Source: Nymphaea colorata (Eukaryota). From it: DNA of 64,000 nucleotides. Positions 53,008-64,000 of this stretch are shown one piece after another. Every line of letters starts with the position of its first letter. Position 1 is the stretch's first letter. Under the pieces are notes generated by a model. It saw only the letters and a list, made by a program, of their open reading frames with translations. It was not told where the DNA came from and searched no databases. The stretch lies in the NCBI RefSeq assembly GCF_008831285.2, contig NC_045138.2:10726001-10790000 (forward strand), read 5' to 3'. The translations under genes and the position numbers were made by a program.

Positions 53008-55374
53008 GTTACCCCTCCAAATGAAAATTTTTGCCGAAGGACTACATGGCTTATGAATCATGATGATTCATGGCTGAGTTTTTTATGTAGGGAGATTGAA
53101 AACTGGTTTCTAATCTCCTCTACTACCCTTAATCAATTGAAATGAAATAAACATAAATAAAAATGACTTCAAATAAAATGAGACAAGAGAACACTCAAGC
53201 CGGTTCTTCTTTAATTTTTCAATGCAAGGGTGGATTACATTCATAAGGATGTGTCCGTCACTAATAGGCATTTACATTATATATATTGCAGCGAACCTCT
53301 TTCTCACCGTGTAATTCACTCATGGTAGGGAGTTCAAAAATGGGTTTAGGCTGATTGATTTTGAAAGGGTCATGGCCTTGGTGCCCTTTTCAAAAATTGA
53401 TTTATAGGTTTATTTTTTGGGAAGATCAACTTATTCATGCATCATGCATTATCATGTACATTTGATCGTGGCTTTTCCCCTATCTGGTCATCATTCTCAG
53501 CCATAAAATAATTGAAAATAAACCTTTTCCTTGAGTGCTTAAATTAAAATTGAAGCAAGAAGCTGAAATAGATGAAAAATGGATTAGAATCACCTACCTT
53601 GTGGTCGGTTTTGAAGCTTGATCTTCATCCTTGCTTGTTTCTTAAATCATGCAATCCTAAGCAAGAACCCAAACTTAGATTTGAGCTTAGCAAACCAAAA
53701 ATAAGAATGACTTACTTGCTACAATTTGCAGTGGGGAAGAGAGAGCTTCTCACTGCAAAATTCTTAAGTAAGGGTTCACTTAAGCACCTTAACTTGACAA
53801 AATCGATAGAGAGAATAGGGGATAGTGAAGAAGGAAATGAGAGAGAGGGAAGAAGGCTTGGATGAAATTTTCTTCTCCTCTTTGGCTTCCCCCTCCTAGC
53901 TCATTGGCTACAGCAATTTGATGAAGTCCTCAAAAATTCGTTCCCCCCCCACCTCATTGCTAGGGGGGTATATATAGATAAGAAGTTGAGTTCAACCACC
54001 TTCTTAACTCACCTTGAAAACTCACTTAAGACTTTAGGAACTTGTAAAATTAATTAAATAAGATTTTAATGATCCTAGTTGACCACACCTAGCTCATTTA
54101 CACGAGCTAGATGGGTTGGGCTTGGCGTGCTGCTACCTTGATTCAGACCTAGCTGCCCAATTTTGACCAAAATTTTAGACAAAAATGCCCTTGTGCAAGG
54201 TTTTGCCTTATTTTATTTTATTAATTTTTTTATTTGTTTGAAATTGAGCTTATTACATTAAAACCTAGTCATTAAGCGCTAAATGTTATTGAATTTTGAC
54301 AATTCAATTTAAATTTGAATAAGTTTTAGTAATTTTATCAAATATGGTTCCCATAACTTGATTGAAGATGGATTTTAATCCAATGAAACTTTGGTTTGAA
54401 ATATTGAATTTCAATTTGATATTTGATTTGTGTATTTGACAAATCCAAATGTATATTTGCCTTTCATAAAATCATAATTTAGGTTTTGTAATCTCAATTT
54501 AATCGTAGAAGGGCAAAATTATCTAGATTGGTCAAATTTGACAAATTTGACCAAAGTCAAGGCTCATTTGCAAGCTGATATTGATTTGATTGAGATAATT
54601 TGATGAATTTGAGCTGAAAAACTCTTAATTGAGCTAAATTGTACTTTAACTGAGTTTAGTCAAAGTGGATTCAATCCGATCAAGGTCTATTTCTGTCCAC
54701 TAATTGGGTCGTGGGGTACTCTTTTGGGCAAGCTGAGCTTGTGTTGACTGAGCCTAGCTGAATTTGGCGCCACATTTGTGTACTAGGGTCGAGCCTACTT
54801 GAATTAAGTAGGTTTGGTCAGCCTAGTTATTGCTTCTTGGAGGTTGACCCGTCTTTAAAGAGGATCTAGTTAAGGAAGAGAGAGAGACATAAATGTCTCT
54901 TTTCCTAGGTTTCTAGTTATGACCTCATCCATTTCTTTTGAAAAATGATTTTTTGAAGTAATTGTGAGGAGATATTTTTAAAAAAGAAAGGTGTGTGACC
55001 TCTTGGGGGCTTTTGACTATAGGTAGGGCCCACACGTGGGACCCACGTAATGTTCTAGACCGAATTAGACCCAATTCTCATACTTAAATCAAAATTTAAA
55101 TTTTGCAATTGGATTTAGATTTCAAATGACATTTGTAATTGGATTTGGATTTCAAATGACATTTGTAATTGGATTTGGTTTTCAAATCCTAATTTGGATC
55201 CAGTTTGGACTCATAATATTGGTTTGGGTTTCGCGTCACGAGTCAAATTCATGATTTAAATCTAAATTGTTCTTTAGATTCAAAATTAGCTTTAAAATTG
55301 TAATTTTTCAAAATTATTTTGTAAAACTTTGACATTGCTTCATTCCTGATGTGGAAAAATTTGGGGTGTTAACA
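51076..55374 (-). repeat. Putative ~4.3-kb 5' LTR of the Ogre/Tat element
   Basis: Minus-strand termini TGTTAACACCCC...GGGTTTCGAACA (TGTT/AACA). It is followed by TGACATACCTGGTG (51060-51073), which resembles a decayed tRNA-Arg-type primer binding site (PBS). Confidence 0.65.
52906..53001. repeat. Compound (TA)n array interrupted three times by ACAA
   Basis: Direct reading; lies inside the putative LTR. Confidence 0.85.
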
Positions 55375-56910
55375 GTGCAGCAGAAAGTTTTTGGGGTAAC
55401 CATTTGGGTTCTAGTATTTTAAGAATGGTATCTATAATATTACACCAAAAAAAGTTCTAATTATACTCATAGCATCACATTGCTTGAATTTTTATCAAGG
55501 AATTTGGAAGTTGGTTGCATATTTCCAAATATAGCAGTTGTTTTTTAGAGCTCGTTGAAAAACATGTGATTATTTGGCAATATAAATTTTCAAGAAATTT
55601 TTTTAACCCCCCAAGGAAACAAAACATTCAGCTATTGCCTCACCACCACCACCATTCCATTTAAAAATTTAATGATAGAAAAACATAACAATGTTTAACT
55701 ATGTTACCTAATCAATGTGGGCATAGGTTTGCACACCTTGAGTTTTTATTTTTCTATAGCAGATTGTGAAGAAGAAATTGATGGCTAGCTCTTGTGCTTG
55801 ATGAGGTCTAGGCTTTTACAATATTTTTGGAACCTTCAATGTTCCACGGCCTTTATTGCATCAAGGATTCTCACTTGGTTTCACGTCTCCTTTCTTTAGT
55901 TTCTTCTACCCTTGATGTATCCATTTCTGTCACTTTGGTGGTTGAATTATGCGGGCAGTTATGCAATTCCATTTGAGTTGCAATGTTGGTTTGGATTCAG
56001 CCATCAAAAATGTGGATCTAGATCATGATGAGTAGACTATTTATTATACTCACATAGTATATAAATATTTATCCTTGGGGAATATACTGGTGGTAGGTTT
56101 GTGCGACCCTCAAGTGTAGATGTAAATAACCAACTGTCTACCAGTTAGTGTAACACAATGGCTCAACCTATAAAAAGAAAATAATTTCTGTACTTTAGCC
56201 ATACACATAGCTCGTTGTATCATGGATCAAATTTTACATTTATAGGTCCCAACACATCAAATCTTTCTACATATGATGATGCTGAATATGTTAGACTGCA
56301 GCCTCTTACTATGCTCATTTATTTACTATTGAATCTAGCCTATTTTTCGGTGGTTCAAGTTGCTGATAGTACATATGTGAAGTAATAAATGATCTTCTCT
56401 CCTACATGTATTTATTAAATAAGAACTAACAGTTTTTCCATATATTCTTCTATTAGACCGAATCATTTGTCATATTCAAGCACTATGTCTCACATACTAT
56501 GGCAACGTTGTCTTACCATTATGAGATTTGTGCATGTACTTAATAATTAAATTTATGCTGTACAAATCACCAAAAATCCAACTTCTCTCAAAGAGTTAAC
56601 TCGAGTTCTCGAAGATATCCCTCTTAGTCCGACTAGGATAATCTTAGCAATCGGATGTGGTTACCGCGTTTATATGATTTTGCAAGATCATGTCAGTCTT
56701 ACGATCTTTGGTGTCATATCACATCTTAATTCAATCAAGGTGATATTTTAATAAACATATATGCAAGACACCACCAATGCACAATATTCTTTATTAACAT
56801 GTCTAAGATTCATTGACATCTCAGTGTAAAAAACTATCTTGCTTATCGATAAACGTCCCTAGGTCATGTTCGTCTCATTTTAGCTCATCTTTCAATGATA
56901 CTTAAGGCGA

Positions 56911-57014
56911 ACAGTTCGTGTAAGCAAACAATATCAATATGGTTCCACAATCTTATATATATATATATATAAGATTGTGGAACCATATTGATATTGTTTG
57001 CTTACACGAACTGT
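56911..57014. repeat. Perfect 104-bp palindrome centred on (AT)8
   Basis: A 44-bp arm ACAGTTCGTG...CCACAATCTT, then (AT)8, then the exact reverse complement. Confidence 0.97.
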
Positions 57015-57079
57015 ATATATGCTCAAAAGGAATTGTCACATATAAATTCAACTTTTAGATTTTATTAAGTGTCATTGAT

Positions 57080-60000
57080 ATTGCATGTTTTTTAATACAT
57101 AAATGGTAATTGACTTAAGCAATAGATCAACCAACATTTCATTAGTGTGTATATAATTTAACAACACTCTTCTTTCTAGACAACATATTGTAGGTATGTA
57201 CATTTGGTATCAGTGTATTTGGCTCGACTATGAAACCTTAGATTCTTCGCATATGTAATATCCACTTGATTTTCACAATAAACAGTTATTGGGATATTTG
57301 CCTATGAGGCAATCATAAGATGCATAAATAATATCATTAGTCAAACACTTTCTTGCACTACCATTGATCCAGTTACAAATTTTGCTTCCCTGGTTGACAG
57401 GGATACACATGTTTATTTTTTACTACACCAAGATATGACACCACGGTTAAGTAGAAACACATACTTTGATGTGGATTTTAGTTCATCGAGGTCTCTCTCC
57501 AAATCTACATTCCATACAGCCTTCTATATGTAAATATCCACCATGATAGCATAGGCCCAAATTTTCAGTTCCTATCAAGTACAACGTGTTTTTCTTAATA
57601 ATTTTCCAATGCACATATCTAGGGTTTGACTGGTATCGACTGACCATACTGACTGCATGACATATGTCTGGTCGTGTGCACATAGTTAGGTACATTAAAC
57701 TGCCAACTATTGAAATATAGCACTCTTGGCATTTGGTTTTTCTCATCTGATGTTTGTAAAAATATTTTTATTGATAGACTGTCACCTTTTCCAATTAGAG
57801 TACCAATTTATTTGCAGCTTTGTATATTAAATTGCTTTAAGACGTTCTTTATATATGACTCCTATTAGACAACAAAAAGTCTTTTTGAGTGATCTATTTT
57901 AATTTTAATGCCTAAAATAAATGCTTCATCACCCATGCCCTTCATGTGGAAATGAATGGACATCCAATTCTTGATTGATTTCAATAACTCTATGTCATTA
58001 CTAGCTAATAGTATATCATCAATATACAATAAGAGAATCACAAACTTTTTCTTTTGTTGCTTCATATTAACACAATGGTTCTCATCAATCATATAAAAAA
58101 CATTCGAAATGATAGTTTAATGAAATTTTAGATACCATTACCTGAATGATTGCTTAAACCCATAAACGGACCGTTTGAGCTTGCAAACTTTGTGTTTGTA
58201 GCATTTGGCGACATACCCATTGGGCTGTTCCAAGTAAATTCTTCATCCAATCCTCTATTAAGGAATGTTGTTTTTCCATCTGATGTAATTATAAATTTAT
58301 ATATGAGATGATAGCTAATATGAGGCAAATAGAAGTCAACTTGACTACTAAAGAAAAAATTACATTGTAATCTACACCGTCTTTCTATATGTATCATTTT
58401 GCAACTAGACGAGCTTTAAATCCCTCAATAGACCATTGAACATTTCTCTTTATTTTAAGCTAGAGAAAATTTCTTGCATAGATTTTGGAATGTCAATGTC
58501 ATCTAAAGCTACATCATAGCTTCTCCTTCTTGTCAAATCTATGTTGCCAAACTCTCCTTCATGTACTTTGATGAATAACTATGACTGTGCTGACTTCATG
58601 TTTATACAAGGATCACTTTCATTATCTAGGACATATCTCATGGCGTGTCTCAGTTTCTTGAAGAATATTATTTACTTGTTCAAGGTGATCTACCTTATAT
58701 AATTGAATTTCTCTCTCTATATATTTCCCTTTGTAAGAAATTCATTCTCCATGAACATAGCATCTCGAGAATTTGGTTCAGTAATACTTCTGTCACTATT
58801 TTTTCTTGGGAATACATATCCCTTGAAGTGCTCACATTATCTGAAACCAATACATCTTTTCCTGGTAGACCTAATTTTTTATATGGATGAAAATGATCGT
58901 GAACATATGCCACTGACCCCCAGGGTCTTGAGTGGCTAAGGTCAGGTTGTCTACTTGTCCACAATGCAAAATAAGTTGATGAAACAAATTTAGTATAGAC
59001 ACAGTTAAGGACTTGTATTGCAGTCAATAAACACCCCCCAAAAAGAGATAAACAATTGTGCTTGCACCATCATAGATCCGACAATTTTCATTAAGGTTCT
59101 ATTTCTTCTTTCTACAACTCCATTCTATTGTGGAGTACGAGGAGTGGTCAATTATCTATTTATTTCTTTCTCATCACACAACCTTGAACTGTTGAGACAA
59201 ATATTCTTTATCTTGGTTTATTCTAAGAGTTTTGGTTCTATGATCAAGTTGTTAACCAAATTTAGAAAGCCTCTAAAACAATTCAACACTTTAGATTTAT
59301 AGAAGATAAGATATACATATCCATACAAAGAGTAGAAATCAATAAATATAATAAAATTTGATGTGCCATGTCTACTAGCTATACTCATAAGGCCACATAT
59401 GTCTGATTGAATTAATTGCAATGAAGTATCAACCCTAATTGCCTTACCAAACAATTTCCGTATTGACTTTCTTACTAAGTAATGTTCATCGACAGACATA
59501 TCAAATTTCATAAGGAAAACTAGTAATCCCTCATGTGTGAATCTATCTATCAATATGCCCGAGGTGAGCATGCCAAATTGACATACCCATATTTATATGT
59601 GTATTAAAACATTCACCATTCACATAGTAGGAATTAAACAAACATTCAACATAAAGAAACCATTCGATAGAACACTAGAACATATGGTAAAGTTTTTAAA
59701 CAATATCACAACAAAATTGTCATAAAAAATAAGTCTATAACAAAAAGTCAGTAAAGTGAAAACTGAAACAAGGTTCCATCGAATACTAGGAACATGTAGC
59801 ACATTATGCAGCATATGACTTTGTTCATTATATAGATATCGCTTACAAGCTCCTATGACACAAACCTCTGCATGACTGTTGTTCCTTAGGAACAACTATC
59901 TTCTTCTCATTAAGATTTTCTGATATTCAACAAATGTGTTACGATTGCATGTTACATGGTTTGTTGTTTTTGAGTCTACAATCCGTAAAAGATGAGATTC

Positions 60001-60920
60001 AACAGTTAGAGCATAACTAGAAACAAATGAAAAAACATGTTGTGTCATTGAGATGCAAACTTTCTTTGGTTTGCACACCTTCTTAGGTTTGTTGTATTCT
60101 CTCTCGAAGTGATCAAGTTGACCATAATTAAAACATTTCACTTTTCTTTTATTATTTTTTCTATCATGCTTTTCTCGATGTCTTGGTTTTCCTACATACT
60201 TCTTATCTCCTTGCACTTATTATGAATTCCCATGAACTTCTTTGGACCAAACCCTCTCTTTTGCTTTTGACTGAGAACACTGTCAGAATTCTAGGCTACA
60301 TAACACTAATTGCTGGACTTAACAACTTCAAGGCATTCATATTCCAGCTCCAAGTGACCCGCAATGTCATCAAAGAGCTTTATGCTCTCGTTATGAGTTA
60401 TTAATTTCAATGTGTCCCAGTTTTTTAGCATTGACCTTATCATTAACTAAACCTGTTGTTAATCTATGACAACATGTCCAACAAAATTGAGCTCTCTAAT
60501 AATCTTGGCTATCTCCCTTAATGCTGACTCATCGTGTATTGATTCTGCTTTTTGTATGAGTCAAATTTAATTGTGAGATTTATAAGCTTAGTGGCTGAAG
60601 TGCCTCTAAACTTGTCTTTGAGAGCTATTGACATATGATGAGTAGTCTCACTATGTTCATATTGACACACATTATGTCATCTTGCATTAGCCATTGCATT
60701 GTGACAATGGTAATAGTTTTCATGTCCTTCCATGCATATTAAGCTTTTATGTCTCTATGTGCTTCCTTGCAATTTTTCTTAGGTCTAGTCAAAGCATGGT
60801 TAACGGCTTCAACCTCCTTTAAGGCAAATTGGATCTTACGAAGTCAAATGTCATAATTATCTCCATTCAGTTTTTCAATGTGGCCGAAGTTTAGTATGGA
60901 CATACTTGGTATGGCTATCT
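57080..60920 (-). mobile_element. Degenerate Ty1/copia gag-pol (gag, zinc knuckle, protease, integrase, RT, RNase H); LTRs not resolved
   Basis: KLNGDNYDI (gag N-terminus); KCFNYGQLDH; RIVDSKTTNHV (protease); LQLIQSDICG..FIDFYSLYGYVYL (integrase); LLLYIDDILLA and VGSLMYLTMCTRPDICHAVSMVSRYQSNP (RT). Copia domain order; many stops. Confidence 0.92.
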
Positions 60921-61372
60921 TCTATGTCAATAAAAAGGTTTAATGTTCTCAATGTGTTGTTCAAGCATGATCGCAATTGCATAACATATCAATAGCCAGC
61001 CATGGTCACATGATTAGAAACAAGATTTTCTTAATAAGATGTGGAATTGAAATGTCAATATGTTTGAAATCATTTCCCACTTTTTTGATGATCCAAACAA
61101 TGTAACTAATTAGTAAATCCTAACCTTAATACACAATCAGAGTCAGCCCAAAACTTAAGTGTGTCTCAGTCGTGATGTCATCCATATTACATTAAAAATA
61201 AAAGAAGTATAATCTGCATAAATAATCATGAAAGCATAAATGGAAATGAATAAATGTCACACATTCATACATATATGAATCATATTATCATCAAGTCCAA
61301 AAGCAATATATGTCTATCATTAGTGACAAAAGCAAAGTCAAAATGGAATCAAATCAAACATATGAGTAGTAA

Positions 61373-61880
61373 CTAGTCAATTATAACTATATCCAGGACA
61401 TGACACAGATGGGCAGCATTAGAAAATGTTTGTTTGTAAGTAAATACTCTATCAAATGCTAGAATTTCCTTCAATTTTTGCTTATGTTGCATCAACTGGA
61501 CCTCCTTGTCATTCCCCAAGCCAGGTGTCACACTTTTCCATTCTAAATAACATAATAGTCCATATGATTGCCTTGAAATTGAGTTCACCAAACTATTTTC
61601 TTTATCAACACCTTGCAAAAAGTAATTTCTTTTTCATGCCTTAACAAACAATTTTCTTTGAAATGAGCCCAATAATTTGGAAGAGAATGCAAAATGGCAT
61701 CTCCTTCCTGATTTGATGTCAAAAAGATCCAATTCTCCACCCTCATGCAACTACTTTTGTCATCCATGATTGTATGGTGATCACACATAGAACGTATAGC
61801 ACATCTTTTATAATTTAAAAAATCATCAAGCATGCACTCTGAGAGGGGATTTATTTTATGACGCAATGGGCTCATTGATG
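61373..61880 (-). mobile_element. Second copia gag fragment
   Basis: MDDKS...AILHSLPNYWAHFKE resembles a UBN2-type gag region. Confidence 0.5.
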
Positions 61881-61896
61881 TTGTTCACTGATTATA

Positions 61897-64000
61897 GTAT
61901 ATTCAGCTGGAGGTTCTACTTGGTTTCTTTCCAGTTGCAGAGATGGAGCTTGAAGTTGAAGGAGGACGCGTCCTTTTTCAAGTTATAGAATGTGAGCCCA
62001 GGGTGAGATTTTGTTTGGTATGTGGGTCAACCAGCCACTTCACTATGCATTGGAGGGAGTTTGTTTTGGTCCATCCAGTGGTAGGGATGGTGGAGGGTTC
62101 TGGTCCAGTGTTGGATTCTAGTGTGGGGATGGACAGTTCACACAACAGTTTGAAGGAGGGTTATGCCTCTCGTTCATGGGAATCTATTACAGGTGGAGAT
62201 GAAACACAGGAACATGAAGCTTCTACTGTTGGAAGTGAAGGAGATAGGAGGCAAAAAATGTCTCTTCATTCCCAAGGCATCATACCAGGTAATGATGCAA
62301 CCTTTATGCATTCAATATCCATTTTAGATCCTCCTTTCCAAAGCCTACATCTCTTCCATATTCCCCATTGGAGAGCTTGGTCTAGCATCTCTGCTGCCTG
62401 CACTTATTAGATTAGATGTTGTTCTTTCTTTCATGCATTATCGTCTGATCGTTGAGTACTCTTTCTAAGAGACTTGACCAATTTTCGGTGGTCTCCGTTC
62501 TGGCCTGGGGGAATGGCTGCTCTCTCTGGGATTACCAATATGTTTTTGAATACCTGAGGAGGATGTGGTATGACATCTCCACATTTAGATTCTCTTCCAT
62601 TGCGAAGGGTATCTATCTGGCATCGGTGTCTTGTGAGGAGGAAGCTAGCTACATTCTGTAAACCAGGGGTTTGGAGACTAGGTGGGAGAGTATTCATTGG
62701 CAATTGATGGTCGCTGATGGCAAAATTGAAGGTAGAAGCAGCAGCTACCATGTGGCTTTGGGTCCGACTCCCGAATCTCCCTTCCAATGTATGGAATTGC
62801 CAGACATTTTCTGATATGGCCAGCATGATTGGAGATAGGCTGGTGGGCATTGATCAATATACTATGCGCATGGAGTTATTGGGGTTTGTTCGTATTCAGC
62901 TCGAGGTTCTGCTTGTTTTCTTTCCAGTTGCAGAGATGGAGTTTGAAGTTGAAGGAGGATGCGTCCTTTTTCAAGTTATAGAATGTGAGTCCGGGGTGAG
63001 ATTTTGTTCAGTATGTGGGTCAACTAGCCACTTCACTGCTCTTTCTAGCTACATTCTGCAACCAGGGGTTTGGAGACTAGGTGGGGGAAGTATTTATTGG
63101 CAATTGGTGGTCACTGATGGCGGAATTGAAGGTATAAGCAGCAGCTACCATGTGGCTTTGGGTCCAATGTATGGAATTGCCAGACTTTTTCTGATATGGC
63201 CAGCATGGTTGGAGATAGGCTGGTGGGAATTTATCAATATAGTATGCGAGTGATTGGGGTTTGCTTGTATTCAGCTGGAGGTTCTGCTTGGTTTCTTTCC
63301 AGTTGCAGAGATGGAGCTTGAAGTTGAAGGAGGACGTGTCCTTTTTCAAGTTATAGAATGTGATTCCAGGGTGAGATTTTGTTCGATATGTGGGTCAACC
63401 AGGCACTTCACTGCGCATTGCTTGGAGCTTCAAAAAAAAAAAGGGTGAGCTAGAGATCTGAGAAAGGGTTCACTAATGGGTGTCTCAAGTTAAAATTACG
63501 AAGAGGAACGAATCAAATTCCAAGCAAGGCAGAAGCAGGATGGGGGATCTTCTGACATGTTCCAAATGTTGGATGTTTTGAAGGAACAGTATGAACCTAA
63601 GGCTGCTGATGAAGTGGTCAAGCACAATCCTTGTCCAAAGTGTCCAGCGCCTCTTACTCAGGATAAGGGCCATGTTAACTGTTCGTTTCAATAGTAGTCG
63701 AAGATGAAGATGAAATGGATATCTGTGATTGTGAGGCAGAAGGTTAGATGAACCTTCAAGCTGACAGCACCGAAAGGGATTTTCAAGGAGAGAGCCTTGC
63801 CTCCTGTTGAAGGATGAAGGCATTGAGCTTGCTTCACGAGGTGATGGTTTGGGTAATGTTGACCAGAAAGGTAAGAAGTGTCCTACATCGAATAGAGGAG
63901 AGAAATAATCTCTCAAGTGCAAGGAACTTACCAATTCCAAGAAAAAGGCGAGCAAGGGTAAATTTAGCCTTGTTATTTCCAAATTGGATGCCAACCGGCC
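61897..64000 (+). mobile_element. LINE (L1) ORF1 fragments with internal triplication
   Basis: LWVRLPNLPSNVWN...IG.RLVGID...FVRIQLEV and a CX2CX4HX4C knuckle (CSICGSTRHFTAHC), typical of plant L1 ORF1. The knuckle block occurs three times. Confidence 0.8.

Larger units (their letters stand above)
45722..55374 (-). mobile_element. 3'-truncated, degenerate Ty3/gypsy LTR retrotransposon of the Ogre/Tat clade (5' LTR, PBS, PMD ORF, gag, protease, start of RT)
   Basis: gag KFIKFDDHRDLKAHFAMF..FPMSLKG (~48280-48430); protease HNDVLH..VSHVLINGGASMNICP and SFNLLLGRPWIH (46820-47130); Tat-type pre-RT AFTWTYKDM..VEHRLPLKPKCKPIRQKLRKL (45723-46139). No RT core, integrase or 3' LTR found. Confidence 0.88.

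Noticed and set aside
55105..55185. 30-bp direct repeats resembling a CRISPR array
   Set aside because: No spacers, eukaryotic context; simple tandem repeat inside an LTR.
63485..63994. 169-aa minus-strand ORF
   Set aside because: Antisense to decayed LINE sequence; no recognisable domain.

Overview
Plant (angiosperm) nuclear DNA, AT-rich and TE-dense; the species cannot be established from the sequence. Two intact multi-exon genes lie on the + strand. The first is a SET-domain lysine methyltransferase of the ATXR4/SDG38 type (8 exons, 6079-16646, 341 aa), with a probable U12 minor-class intron and a TE-filled 4.5-kb intron. The second is an IQM-family calmodulin-binding protein (9 coding exons, 36113-39178, 577 aa). 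About 19 kb between them has no recognisable protein gene but holds CpG-retaining islands and MITEs. The right third is decayed retroelements: a truncated Ogre/Tat-type Ty3/gypsy element with a ~4.3-kb LTR and a Plant Mobile Domain ORF upstream of gag, a Ty1/copia element, and triplicated L1 ORF1 fragments. There is also a perfect 104-bp palindrome. I found no support for a wholly new multi-gene system. All exon models and protein family calls were made by eye.
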